DNA of 62,750 nucleotides, counting the filler, from Asterionella formosa (taxonomy: Eukaryota): assembly GCA_002256025.1 (NCBI GenBank). It is 12 parts of 12 records of this genome, joined end to end, with 100 filler letters (N's around TTAATTAATTAA, not from the genome) between each part and the next. Parts side by side here need not be neighbours in the genome. Positions count along the whole stretch, not along the records: positions 1 to 23,671 come from NKIB01002423.1; 11 more parts are not named here. The stretch is one strand, 5' to 3'. Below are positions 1-12,245 of the stretch, piece after piece. Below the pieces are notes generated by a model. That model had not been told where the DNA came from and ran no database searches. It saw only the letters and a list, made by a program, of their open reading frames with translations. The first letter of the stretch is position 1, and the number at the start of each line of letters is the position of its first letter. The position numbers were made by a program, and so were the translations under genes.

Positions 1-171
1 TGCCGGCATATGTATTGTGTTAACATTACGCTGGTGGAACATGCATATTACACTGTGCTCTGTTCAACAATTACTACACTCGGTTACCATCACACTAGTT
101 GCACCTCCACAAGCGCCGCAAAAAGCTGCGCGTTTCCCTTCCACTGTTTTACATCATAGTCTTCTGGCCCT

Positions 172-1199
172 TTGACAACATTCCAAATGGCATTTCACAG
201 ATTTCATGGAAAGGATCAGTCAAACAAGAAACGTGACTTACTTCCATTTTTTACACTACACGACTTTATGTTTTTGGAAAAGAAGAGGATGAAGAAACTT
301 ATGAAATCAATCGAAGATTCCTTTGAATACACTCAAAGATCAGATGAATTTGAACAGATTCATAATACTCCAGAAAACATAATGAAGTATGCCGATAAAA
401 TAGTGGCTAAGATTGAAAAGAAGGAAATATTGCTTTCGAAGAGGAAACCCAAACAGTTGTTCTTCGCGGATGAAGACTGTATTTATACAGAGTCACAGTT
501 CCACCATCCAGTGTCGTATTTTTCTCATTCTCCTGAAAACGCTGATAATGAAGAAGAACTCAGTGATTCTCATTCATTTGATGAACAAAATCATGCGATG
601 AATGATAATATCGGCGGAAATGTGGTAGACATCACTTCAGAAGTAGAAATGGTTGAAAAGTTGCAAAACCAAGAAACATATCTCACTATCCGTCTAGAAC
701 ATCAAGATGAACATCATGAAAGCAGAGAAACTATTGCATTTCTAAAAGAATCGACATTCAAGAAAAAAGTCTGAGCTAGATCAAGACCTCGAATTCAAGA
801 AGATCAATGCAGACAGAGATGTGTTACTGGCTAAGGCAGTTGATGCTCTGAGTCGGGAACGAAGTCTGAAACACAAAATTGAATGTTTTTCCAAATCATA
901 CATGGAAAAAAAAATTCTTTGTAAAATCATTGAGAACAATCCCGAAGGCAACTAGCTACTTTTGTTAAGAGTCGGCATGTGAAATGTGTGGAGTTATTAT
1001 CTTGCCAAAGCAAATGGCATTTTCCTTGAGTTTGCTGAAATCGCATGGACAACTAAAGTTGTGGAAAGAGTTGTACACTTGTACCCTACAAGATATATGC
1101 AATTACGCCTCTGTAGTTTATGGAGTCAAAGGTAGTATCATCAAAAAATCATCTTCAGATTTTAACGATCTTGCATATTGGGACCTAGAAACAATTACC
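172..1199 (+). pseudogene. Degenerate TE accessory ORF; second copy of the 5' part of the Ulp1-like ORF at 31200-33024
   Basis: 649-1199 matches the reverse complement of ~32437-32990 (MVEKLQNQETYLTIRLEHQDEHHESRETIAFLKE vs MVEKLQNQEICLTIRPEHQGEHHESRETIAFLKE). Frameshifts and stops follow 774. Confidence 0.7.
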
Positions 1200-1974
1200 G
1201 GTGTGTCATCAATTATGTTAACATTTTTAAATTGAAACATATTTGATAAGAATATAATCACCGACTCAAAACATCATGCTTTCGGTGCATCTCCCTGCAA
1301 GAACTTACCTAAGATTCCTTTAAATTGATTATTCAATACATTCTGACATTCTCTCAACTTTTTTACGCACATGCCACCAAATGTTGATTTGATGTAATCT
1401 AAAACTTGCCTTGTAGGTACATTCAATGGTCTGATTCATCGGAAGTAGTGCATCAGAACCATTCCATATGAAATCGGCAAGCTCTGGGTCACTCTCCACT
1501 TCTTTGCAAACTCCGGTTTCACTTTGTATAGCCGAGTTAGGCAAAATTCGGCAAACCAATCCTGTTTGTGATTGGAAATGCCTTTCATACTACTTGGAAC
1601 AGATAGGGCGGGATGTTTGATTCTCTTTTGGGACCAGAAAAAAGCACATTTGATTGATATTCTGTTTTACAGTACCTGCAATTCACAAACTATAACATCA
1701 AACTTACATGTTCACAGCAAAACTTCTTGGTCTTAAAAATAAAAGCAAATCACAACCTTTGTGACAATTGATGGTTCAATTTTTGCGGGAATGACGTTCT
1801 GATGAGGCTGCTGAAATTGAAGAGTCTTGATAACCTCGTATGGACGAGTTTTGAACCAAGCGAATTATGACCTTTGTAGTGATTGAGTTCATTGACCAAT
1901 TGATAATATCCTTTGGCAAGTGCAAAATGTTTCCCCTCAGTTTGTCATGTACTTGTTGGTCCGTGCGATAAGAA

Positions 1975-3108
1975 AATTTATGATATGGTACCATGTCGTC
2001 CATCTGCATCTGGGAGTTATTAATGGTATCATCGACAGGAGCCATTTTTCTTGTATCAATAACTGAAGTAGAAACGTCATCATCGCTGTCAGTATCAATT
2101 ACGTGATCCTTTGTACTAGTAGTAGCTGATGGTGTCCCCTTTGACGATGGGGTATTACCCCCAACGTCTCCCAATCGCCAATTGGGTTGCTTTGGATAAT
2201 CGCCTATTCGCTTTTTCTTTGATAACTCATTCTGGTACTTGCTTCTTTGTTCCATACCGGCAGTATTTGCCACATGTCGCTTGTTTCCATGAACCTCTTT
2301 ATGGTTTCTTGAAGACATTGTACTACTAGGTATCTGTTGTTGTTGTCTTCCTTAAAGTTCGATGATCGTAAATTCATTTACTGTCCCGCTCCAGTAGCAG
2401 CAGTCATCATAGTTTCAGGATCATATGATCATAAAACTGAAAAGGGGTAGTCAGAGTAGTAGGCGAGCAACAGAACACCATATGTTTAGGACTGTTGCTA
2501 CTACCGTGGGACAGTAAATCATCATAGTTTCAGGATTGTATAATCGTATAATTGAAAACAAAATATGCTATTATTCAAACTCGGTTCTGCTTTTGTATAT
2601 GATAATGTAAATAGCACTGTTGGTCTTATGGTATTATCATATCTAGACAGCGTAAAATATTATCTGTAGTGGCTGATGATTCATTTCATTGTAACTAGCA
2701 AGACCTGAATTTAAGATCATTAAACTTTAAGGAAGACAACAACAACAGATACCTAGTAGTACAATGTCTTCAAGAAACCATAAAGAGGTTCATGGAAACA
2801 AGCGACATGTGGCAAATACTGCCGGTATGGAACAAAGAAGCAAGTACCAGAATGAGTTATCAAAGAAAAAGCGAATAGGCGATTATCCAAAGCAACCCAA
2901 TTGGCGATTGGGAGACGTTGGGGGTAATACCCCATTGTCAATGGGGACACCATCAGCTTCTACTAGTACAAAGGATCACGTAATTGATACTGATATCGAT
3001 GATGACGTTTCTACTTCAGTTATTGATACAAGAAAAATGGCTCCTGTCGATGATACCATTAATAACTCCCAGATGCAGATGGATGACATGGTACCATATC
3101 ATAAATTT
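1975..3108. repeat. Long inverted duplication: arms ~1975-2376 and ~2706-3108, spacer ~330 bp
   Basis: ORFs 1776..2318(-) and 2764..3183(+) share a near-identical first ~115 aa (MSSRNHKEVHG...MVPYHKF). The DNA match extends upstream of both ATGs. Confidence 0.95.
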
Positions 3109-4229
3109 AAATTACAAGGGCATTTATCAAAATTATCAGATGATATAACGAAACATTATGATCAGATGATCACAATCCTATGATGCATCATGGAAATACG
3201 ATAGTTTTTAGTTGCAGATGATGTGAGGGTTAACAACGCTACCTGTCACCCATCAATCAAAAGTGAGAGCATAGTTAAGTCTCTCATTTGATGCTCGTTA
3301 AGTCGATTGGAACATGAAGTGCGTTATATAGATTGTTTATGTCATCAGTTCATTGCACATGTGTGGCTGGAGATGCTTTAATCGTTGCAGTACTTTTGCT
3401 AAAATTGATATTATTTACTCAAACTCATACAGGCAACTTGGAGAATGTGGCTTACTACCATTCTTAATGGAAGCAACAATCAACCATGAGAGCACAGGTA
3501 ATGATATGCACATTGCCTGATCATACGGAAATTGGAGTGATGGATTGTTCATGTGATCGTTTCGTTGCACATATCTACGTTTAGATGCCTTGCTTACTTG
3601 ATACAGCAGTTTTGCTAACATTGTTGTTATTATCTCTTACAGAAAAGTCGTGCAAGAACATTGGAGAATGTGACTTGCTGCCATTTGCAATGGTAGAGGT
3701 TCGAATAAACTATCATCAATTTCCTTTATTCTCTCATTTCATTTTGAAAAGGCAATGATCTAAACATAGCTACCGGAAGTGAATATTAAGGTATTGAAGA
3801 CCATTATGTGCTCATTCTGATAGAGGATGCACAGTGAAAAGTAGTATGGGTGACCAGAAGTAGAATATTTGAGTATTAAATAGCAATCCAATTAATTCGA
3901 TTTGTGTTCATCATTGATCGAACATAATAATAGGTTTAATCAATGAGAGAAATAAGTTAGATCAGTATTAATGAAGGTTAGATCGAAAGCTAAAAATTCT
4001 ATTTGATATTAGCATTCCAAAGGTTAGATCGAATGAATAACTGATTTGATCTCACGATTACTATCTTTAGATCGAACACCTCAACGTTAGTTGATATCAA
4101 TCAGTTTTTTTGTATGATCAATCATAATATAATATGTCATACTGAGAATTTTTGGGGCAGTGGGTCCTACAGCAAAACTGTTTGGCCTTACTGTTTTTTT
4201 ATTTACAGACGGAGCTTTTTGTCAACTGC

Positions 4230-4426
4230 AGCAGTTACATTCTCATTTTTTTGGAGTCCTATGAACAAAACTCGAAACCAGTGCGAATTCCAAAATGGGA
4301 GCATCAACGAATTGACTGGAATGAGCATGTCACAAAGCTTCTTCATGAGAATAGATTTCATCGTGAATATCGCATGTCACTTGAAGCTTTCAATTAACTA
4401 GTGGAACTCCTTCGACCTTCCATCAC
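4230..4426 (+). mobile_element. PIF/Harbinger (ISL2EU-like) transposase N-terminal fragment
   Basis: [42 protein letters not shown] matches the F-x3-YRMS-x3-F-x2-L-x2-LL N-terminal helix of DDE_Tnp_4 transposases. In-frame stop, no DDE core. Confidence 0.6.
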
Positions 4427-4677
4427 ATCATTTGTGGACGAGAAATTTTGTCGGGGGCTCAGCGTGTTCATGACCCAAACTTGTTGGAAGAGCGGGCCAA
4501 AGCATGGGGAATCGATGTATCGACGATTCAGGATTATGTGAACTCATTCCGTAATGGTGCTCTTCCCCATGGTGGTGAAGGTATTGGACTCGAGCGTGTT
4601 GTTATGTTATTTTAGGGCTGCCCAACATTCGAAAGGCAGCCTGGTTCCCTCGTGACCACAAGCGTCTGAATCCTCAA
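4427..4677 (+). pseudogene. DARS: 3'-terminal fragment of cytosolic aspartyl-tRNA synthetase
   Basis: Manual translation: [59 protein letters not shown](frameshift)GLPNIRKAAWFPRDHKRLNP, i.e. class II motif 3 and the C-terminus of AspRS. 1-nt deletion near 4612. Confidence 0.9.
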
Positions 4678-4774
4678 ATAACGGTTCTTACCTACTGCAT
4701 GCAGCCGTTGTCAGAAATGATTCGACAAATATAATGACATTTTTTACCTTAATGAGACTTTCAATTATAGAGTT

Positions 4775-5290
4775 TTCACCAGTAGGCTTATTGCTGCGGT
4801 TGCAAATCAATAACCATAATCGCCATGTTATCTCTGCCAATACCTTGGGTAGATCAAGGATCTTCACTAATGATATTATCTAACATCTAAATTCCAAACT
4901 CTACTGCCTGGCGTCTTGGTGTCAATTCGCTCTCTCACGTATTTTACCGCCGGTTCGTTAGTGAGGCAATCCCAAATACCATCACCACCCAAAATAATGA
5001 ATTCGTCATTTGGATGCAGAATCCATTTGTCCTGCTTGGGGAGTTCCAGGAAATTGTTTATATTTCAGATCACCAATGGATCGAGAAAGGTTCAAGTTTC
5101 CATTCACACGCCCGAATTGGTTGACAAATCGACCAGCATTGTGAATTCTATCCATTTCTCGATCTTGCTGCGATTTGTGGTCGAAACTTAATGCTTCCGT
5201 CTTTCCACCCGCCCTAGGGACTCCCCAGCATTTGCAACAGTTAGTGTACGTCCAATGATAACCGCCATGATTGCAGTACAGCGGGCATGA
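4775..5290 (-). pseudogene. C-terminal fragment of a PP2C/PPM family protein phosphatase
   Basis: HARCTAIMAVIIGRTLTVANAGES / ALSFDHK...RIHNAG...GRVNGNLNLSRSIGDLKYKQ / DEFIILGGDGIWDCLTN / QGIGRDNMAIMVIDL, spread over several frames with stops. Confidence 0.9.
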
Positions 5291-6229
5291 ATTTGGGAGC
5301 AGTTGCAGCATTTCTTATCCTCTGATTCTTGGTAGGTCGTCCCTGTTTCTTAATCTGGTGGGATCTTTTAGAATCGTCATCCAATAAAGTATCAGCAGGA
5401 ACTGGAGATGCAAATGCAGACAATTGGGAAGGAGATAGTTTGGAATCTGTTCTTGAGTCATTGGCAATATCTTCTCTGGTAGTAGAAAGTTGCTTTGATA
5501 GTAGTAGTTGAGGAGACTTCCTTGTTGATGAGTCAGGAGTAAAGGGAGAGCTTTTTCTTTTCAGGTCTTTAGGCGAGGAGACAACCTTGTTGATGATTCA
5601 GGAGTAAAGGGAGCTCCGTTTTTCAGATACCTCTTTGGTTCTTTTGATGACTTTTTGTTGTACCCCATCATGTCTCAAAGATCAAGAGTCTTTTACCAAT
5701 TCTTAATAAGTGTTATCATTATTATCTTTGTTTTGTTTCTGTATCCGGCGATTTTAAAGTGAACGCAAATACAACAAAGTCGTTGTAGCGATATCTGTTA
5801 AATGAGCATGTCTTTTGTCATCCTCAAAGACCCTTCGTTGTCAATGAAAAAATCAGCAGGAGTGATACATGCAACCCAGTGGTCATCCTGTTTCCTTGCT
5901 GGAGATTAAGTTTCATTGTCCAAAGATTCAAATGATGCCATTGCGCAAGTCGTTTACAAGTGATGAAAAGCATTATTCCATGAGTAGCTAGAGATAATAG
6001 TAATTGCTGCTGAGAATCCCTCTTCCCAAAATACATTTCTGTTGTTGCCGTTAGAGATAAAAATGGTGTCTTCGTTGATTAATTTAATTACATGACATAT
6101 ATTAAATTTATAAAATTAGTGTTGCTTAACGCTGCATCTGCAGCGATACAAACAGATACACATTTCGGAGCAACAAAAATGTGTAGCTGGAAGCAACATA
6201 TTGCCCGGATATGTGAGATGCAAAAAATT

Positions 6230-7290
6230 GGGCCAAGCAACATTTTTTTGATTTTTGTATCTCTGTTAAGATTGGCCCTAAATCTGTGTTGAAGATGTAC
6301 TTGTCTCTGCTGCTTATTTTGCTTTGTAGTATAGTATATATCTGACAAATCTTTTCCTTCTGAGCGGATTGCGCAAGATCTGTGTGTTTCTCTTTGTGGA
6401 GTTTGTTGTTCTGAGCCTTCCATGCTCCTTGAGCAAGTCTCCATAAGTGGGAAATAAGCGTTTTCGCCCAAGTCTGGCTCTGATCACTTATTCCATTTAT
6501 CGCTCCTGTCTGGTGTGGAACCAGAGCGTCCCGCCATTAGATGCTCATATAACCACGAAGAGTCAGTTTTGTATCCAATGAATTTTGACCCATAAGTGCT
6601 TCCCTGATTGGTCCTTTGATGGCTTCAGATACTGTGCTCGAGAAAATGGGCTGAAATGGTTCCTGCTGGCCTTGCATGAAATGTTGCACCTGTGCTAGCC
6701 ATATTTTGGTGGCTTCGCTGCCCCCCTGATTCTTGAACATTCCTACTGCCAATGCCTTCAATCTCCTAAAGTGATGGAAAAGTGCTTTGGTGTCCTGGCA
6801 CATCATCATATGTTCATTATGTTCTGCCAGTCCATAGTATGGGCATGCATTGTTGCCATTATCAATTAGTTGTCTACTTTTTCCGCAGGGAAGCCACCCA
6901 TGGATATAATTTGTGATAAAAGCCCTCGTTGTTGTGTCTTGATTTTTTTACTCCATAGCAAGACATCCCCAATCTATGTTCCCCATCATAGTGGACGTGA
7001 GTTTATTTTTTTGGAAGTAGGTGTTGTATCGCTTTGTTTGTATACTCGTTCTAATGGACCATACTGCTCCGCTGTGGCTGTACTCTTACTCCCTTGATGA
7101 TTAAACTCCAAGGAACGCATTGAAATGAACAGAGTTGTTAATAGAGCCACCTTCCTCTGCGGTTTGATATTTTTCTAGGATTTCTGTGGCGAGCTTATCT
7201 GCTGTGACATTCATTTCCGCTTTGTACAATAGCCTGGATGTAGTCATTGTCTTAATGGGCTTAAATCCACTGAATATGTGTGGAAATCGA
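6230..7290 (-). mobile_element. Degenerate non-LTR retrotransposon 3' fragment (RNase H end, Cys/His finger remnant, C-terminal region)
   Basis: AEMNVTADKLA (RNase H end), CPYYGLAEHNEHMMMC, and WAKTLISHLWRLAQGAWKAQNNKLH, in the same order as in the adjacent element. Confidence 0.6.
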
Positions 7291-7429
7291 TAGCGTCTTG
7301 ATGATTTCTGCTCTAGTGGAAACTGTATCCGTGTTTGCTGGTGGTCTCCCAAGATACAGGGTGACATGGCTGAGAAAAATAGAACTCAAAGAAGAGGATA
7401 TCCGATCAATGATGCATACTACCAACACC

Positions 7430-10400
7430 GTCTTTATTTTGAAGACTCTCATATGATGGAATGAGCACCGAATTCCACCGCCCCTCATTATCTGGGCCAT
7501 GGAGCGCAATAAAGATGAATCTAGAAATATACCAGTTTGTCCATATAGTTCATTGTTTCTTGTAATCCAGCTCTCCACGCCCAGTTGCCATAAACCCTTG
7601 ATAACGCGCTCACTCCATTGTTTGTCTGCCTGAATGCAATATTCCTATCCCCTTTCTTTGCTATACTTAATGGTGGCCTGGTTCCACTTGACACTGATTC
7701 TTCCTCGAAAAGCTTGGTCCCATCCTATCTCCATCTGATTGCCTTGATGACATAAGCTTCAAAAGTTAAATATCCTGTCACGTTCCTATTTTGCGGGATC
7801 ACGCCCTCGCATCTCACATGTTCATATGCAAACCATTGTTGCAAAACAAGCCCCGTCGAAATTTCTGAACAAAGTAAGGACAGAGGCCCTGTCCCTATAT
7901 AATTGACTCCAATTGTTTCCATGATTTAATCCTTGAAGAATTTCCTGAACAACCCCGAATCACATTATTTATATTTTTCGTTTTACAGATAACACCTAAA
8001 GCATCTGTTGTCACTTTCTTATCGTATTTAATCCGCCTCCGAAGCATTGCTAAAAGGTCGCTCAAGTTTAAAGGCTGTCATTTTCCTTGACCCACGAAGC
8101 TTAAGGCTAGCCCGGTATCTTGACTCCAAATCAACCACTTCATAAATAGATCTAGCTAGACGCCCATCCTGCTTTCCGAAATATGTATTCTTCCATTTCC
8201 GACCGGTAGGCTACATTTCTTATAGCTAAGGGTAAGTGAGTTGTCACGAAAATCTTGCCAACTTGGAATGTAGCTGCATATGGTGGCGCCGGGGTTAGTT
8301 TATTATGTTTTAGCCTTTGTTTTCGACACTTTTCGCAAGAGCGCACCTGATTTGCCTGAAAGTCATAATAATAGTTGAGTTTTTCTTCCCATGGTAATTG
8401 ATCATCTCCCAATCCTGATGTGACTTGACATGATGTGCTTTCATTTCTAATTTTAATTTTGCCTCCATTGACATTGGAAAGAAGTTGTAATCGGTATCTC
8501 CATTAAAAATTCATCATTTGTTCATTGTAAATGAAGCTGCCAAGACCCTTCTATGTTTACTTGACCCCTGATGTGATCGATGAACTGCCATGCTGAGGTG
8601 ATCCAATTTGTCTCAATATATCTTAGTGCTAGTGCAATCGGGAATTGAAATGGAAGTCCCGCCATGCCCATTTGGAGTCGTACATGTTCAATAATTATAA
8701 TATGTAGTAGTTGAGCAATTCCGTCTTGTCGATGTAGCTAGGTGTCCCGGAGCAATTGTATTTGTGCTATTCCTTGATCTGTATATGTATCGGTGAAACC
8801 GAATGGTCCAAGGTTTGGTGGTCCAAAAATTTAAATGCTTTTTGTCATTTTGTTGAAATTGTTGAAACCCATCGTTGTTAACGAAGTTGAGAAGTAGCTA
8901 AGACCGGTCTATCTGTAGATTTTTTTCCCGTGTGAATGTAATGCCACACAGAGGGTATTTCATTGTCAGTCGTAACATAGTCTGGCAGGCCATTAAAACC
9001 CAATGTCGTAAAATCCAATGTCGTAATAATGTCGAGGATGATATTTTAGCGCTCAAAATTCTTCCCTTTTTACCAATCGTTTGAATTCATCTTGGTTCTT
9101 GCCCTCTGGAGCTGACATTGCTCGCTCGAGCATCTTTTTGCGGAATGAGCAATTGTATGTCATAGTATTCATCTCCTGATGTCAAGCTTATTTCTATTTC
9201 TATTCCTTCTTTCCTTTTGAGAATATATTCATTGCGTTTAACCTGCCAGTCCATTGCAACGAAAAAACATTTTTCTAATGCTAGAGCACCTACGGTCGTA
9301 AACAATAATTCTTCCCAGTATTACGCCACAGCTTGCATGTCGTGAGATATTTCTTTTAATCCCTTGTTTTCCATGGAGTGGATTAGCTCTGCGTCATCCA
9401 TGTATCTTTCCGCAACTCGAGTTTGACTCCGTGTTTTCCTTGGATTAGTGATAGACATTCCTTGTGGTCGCTTTGATATCGCCCCTAAAAGGATACATGT
9501 GATTACCAGCCATGGACACCACAGGCATGCCCCGGATCATTGGAGAGTCCCTAACACCCAGTTCTGGATATTAGAATATGATTGTTCCGAATGCCTAACG
9601 TCGTGCGAACCTAATATTTCCTCTTTTCCAGAGGTTTTAACAAGGCGCAAACTGCATTTATTTCGACTTGCCCCAGTCTTCGTAAGACTATGGCTCCAAT
9701 TGATGGTATCATTCTGTCAAGGCAGCAAATTCATCGTTTTTGAATATCACTGCCACCTTTTTTACATATTCGTATTCCATTGTAAGTCAACCTCTTCATT
9801 AGGATGGCATCAGTTGAAGATAGATTTGGTCAAGAGCCCCATTGTAATGGTGATACAGTTTGATTATCCTCCGCCCTACTATGTATAAGCTTTTCCCAAA
9901 GACGATCCGGAGAACCATATTCGAATCTGCTTCCATGAGCTGTATAACCCTTAGTTTGTTTAGACTTGGTGTTCCTTTGTTTTTTTCTAGCATGACCAGT
10001 AACGCATTTGTCCATCTATCCAGAGTAAAACCACAATCAAAAGGAATTGATATCAAGGTGGCGTATACGAAGCATATAGAATCTGAAGTCAATGCCGTCC
10101 GATAGTGTCCAAGGTGACTTCCACTTGGTGAGGAGGTTTTTTTTCAAACATGTTTCAAAACCTGCTTTATAATCTTCAGCTGATATAATCGCCAACATGG
10201 GATTTGCTCCATTTTCTGGTGGTGGATAAACCATTTCTTGAATGCATGATTGTATTGTGTCATTGACTGTAAAGCTCGACATATCCATTCATCCCTTAAG
10301 AATAGATTCCGAATAGATTCCGATATAGAATTAAAAGCGAAAGAATGTAGGTTTTTGCCAAACTGGCTTCCATGAATGGAGCATTTTAGATTCAGCAAAA

Positions 10401-10560
10401 TGTTGCATATTTCGTTGGAGTATTTGTTGAAACATCTCTGTAGAGTCTGTGATGCTTTGGAATTCCAATATTTCCCCAGTTTGGTCATAAATTGGCTATT
10501 TTATTTGCGTAAGACTAGACCGGATTTCCCTTTTCTCATATCCAATAAATGCCGGTGTAT
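7430..10560 (-). mobile_element. Degenerate non-LTR retrotransposon with RT and RNase H (Ambal-like diatom LINE)
   Basis: RT motifs RWTNALLVMLEKNKGTPSLNKLRVIQLMEADSN (9900-10030) and RYMDDAE (~9400). RNase H HHVKSHQD...LPWEEKLN (8380-8440). C-terminal WSERVIKGLWQLGVESWITRNNELYG. Many frameshifts and stops. Confidence 0.8.
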
Positions 10561-10599
10561 AGTAGTAATATAGAATCACACCAGTACCAGGTAATCACT

Positions 10600-11213
10600 A
10601 GGAAAGTCTGTTAGCGCACGTTTTGTGCGCACCTTTTCAGTTACAATTCACTACCAATGATTCGTCCCATGCCTTATTTCCAATTTGTTAGATAAATGCA
10701 TATAGATCATATGATAATTAATTAATTAATTAATATTTTTGAGATCTAATTTTATTGGCAATCATTTCTAACCAGAAGAAAGTATGATCTTTAATTCATA
10801 AAGTTTTAAGGTCATAGTGTAAGGATGGCGACAAGGCGGTTAGCATGTTGAAAGATAGAAATGATTTCTAATCATAGTAAAATTACAATATTTTTCAACA
10901 TATTTTGAACAGTCACTTCGGCTAGAAGTCTTACCATTATGTTAAGATATATATGTGATGAAAAAATGTACATCATATCATGATATTGCTTTGATTATTA
11001 TTCTGGCATGTTGTTTATTACACGTATGCTTGACATTATCGTATACTTATAGTAGTAGGCATTTATCATACATGTAACAAAATAAGTATCATGTGGCGAA
11101 AAATTCTGTACCAGTTCGCGTACCATACCTGTGATCTGATAAATATTATATTTTTATATGCATATGTAAGTAAAACGTTAGATCTAGCGGATTTGTCATT
11201 CACAGACTTTCCT
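10600..11213. mobile_element. Candidate AT-rich MITE
   Basis: Perfect 12-bp inverted repeat AGGAAAGTCTGT (10600-10611) / ACAGACTTTCCT (11202-11213) around a non-coding AT-rich interior. No clear TSD. Confidence 0.4.
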
Positions 11214-11609
11214 TCGACCACCTAGACCAACCAGAAAATTCTCAAAGAACTAACTGTCAAGTTCTCTATTTTCAATTCCTAACACAACTTGTGTTGTTTT
11301 GCAATTTTTGGGTTGGTCGAAGCCTAGTTGATTTTGAATAGATCACATGAATTAGTTGAATAAATCACAAAATCTACTTTAATACATTCTAAAAATTACG
11401 TTAATTATTTGATCAGAGTATCATGCGCCGCATGCATTCCTGATCATCACTATATTACGTGATCATCTTGAAGTAATTATTTGAAATACTTCGTGTAATT
11501 CGATGATTTTATTCATGTACACAGGAAATGAAAATAACTTGTTTTGGAATACAATAAAAGGTGAATTAATTTTAGCGATAACATCAAATCATATGCCAGC
11601 CAGACAAAT

Positions 11610-11810
11610 AAAAAATTTGAAAGTATACAATACTGTATGATCATATGAAACAGAAATGACGGTTTTATTTTTGAAAATTTTGAAAGTATTCATTATTGAA
11701 TGATCATATAAATCAAAAAATAACAGTTTTATTTAATTAAAATGCTCTTGAAAATTTTGAAATAGTACAGAATGATCATATAAATCAAAAAACAACAGTT
11801 TTATTAAAGT
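11610..11810. repeat. Degenerate tandem repeat, ~3 copies of 63-72 bp
   Basis: ATGATCATAT(A/G)AA..AAA..AC(A/G)GTTTTATT recurs at ~11637, ~11700 and ~11772. Confidence 0.75.
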
Positions 11811-11859
11811 ATGCATTACTATGATATTTTATGTACACTTTACCAGCACTAAAGACCGA

Positions 11860-12245
11860 TGCAGGGCGGGTCGACCTTGAATTGCAAAATATTGTCACCT
11901 TTTATGGGGACTTATGGCCTTGTATTGGGATGTGATGTCGTAGTACTGCCAAAAACCAATACAGGGGCAACCTTGAATTGAAATTACTGTCACATAGTAC
12001 AACCAAAACCAAATACAGTGGAGACCTTGAAAAAAAATGCCGCCACCTTGTATTGGGAAATAAAAAGAGCCCAATGCAGGGAATGCCTCCTTGCATTGGA
12101 TGATAGCTATTCTCACGAGAAATAAAGGAACACCTTAAGTTGGAGTGATACCCGGAGTTGTTCTCGCCTTGTATTTATTGAAAAAAACACATGACCAATA
12201 CTTTGTATTGGAGAAAATTGCGACGCCCAATACAAGGTATGCCTA
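11860..12245. repeat. Cluster of CCTTGTATTGG / CCAATACAAGG motifs in both orientations (transposon subterminal-repeat-like)
   Basis: About a dozen variants, e.g. near 11918, 11956, 12046, 12071, 12089, 12167, 12196 and 12227. Confidence 0.6.
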
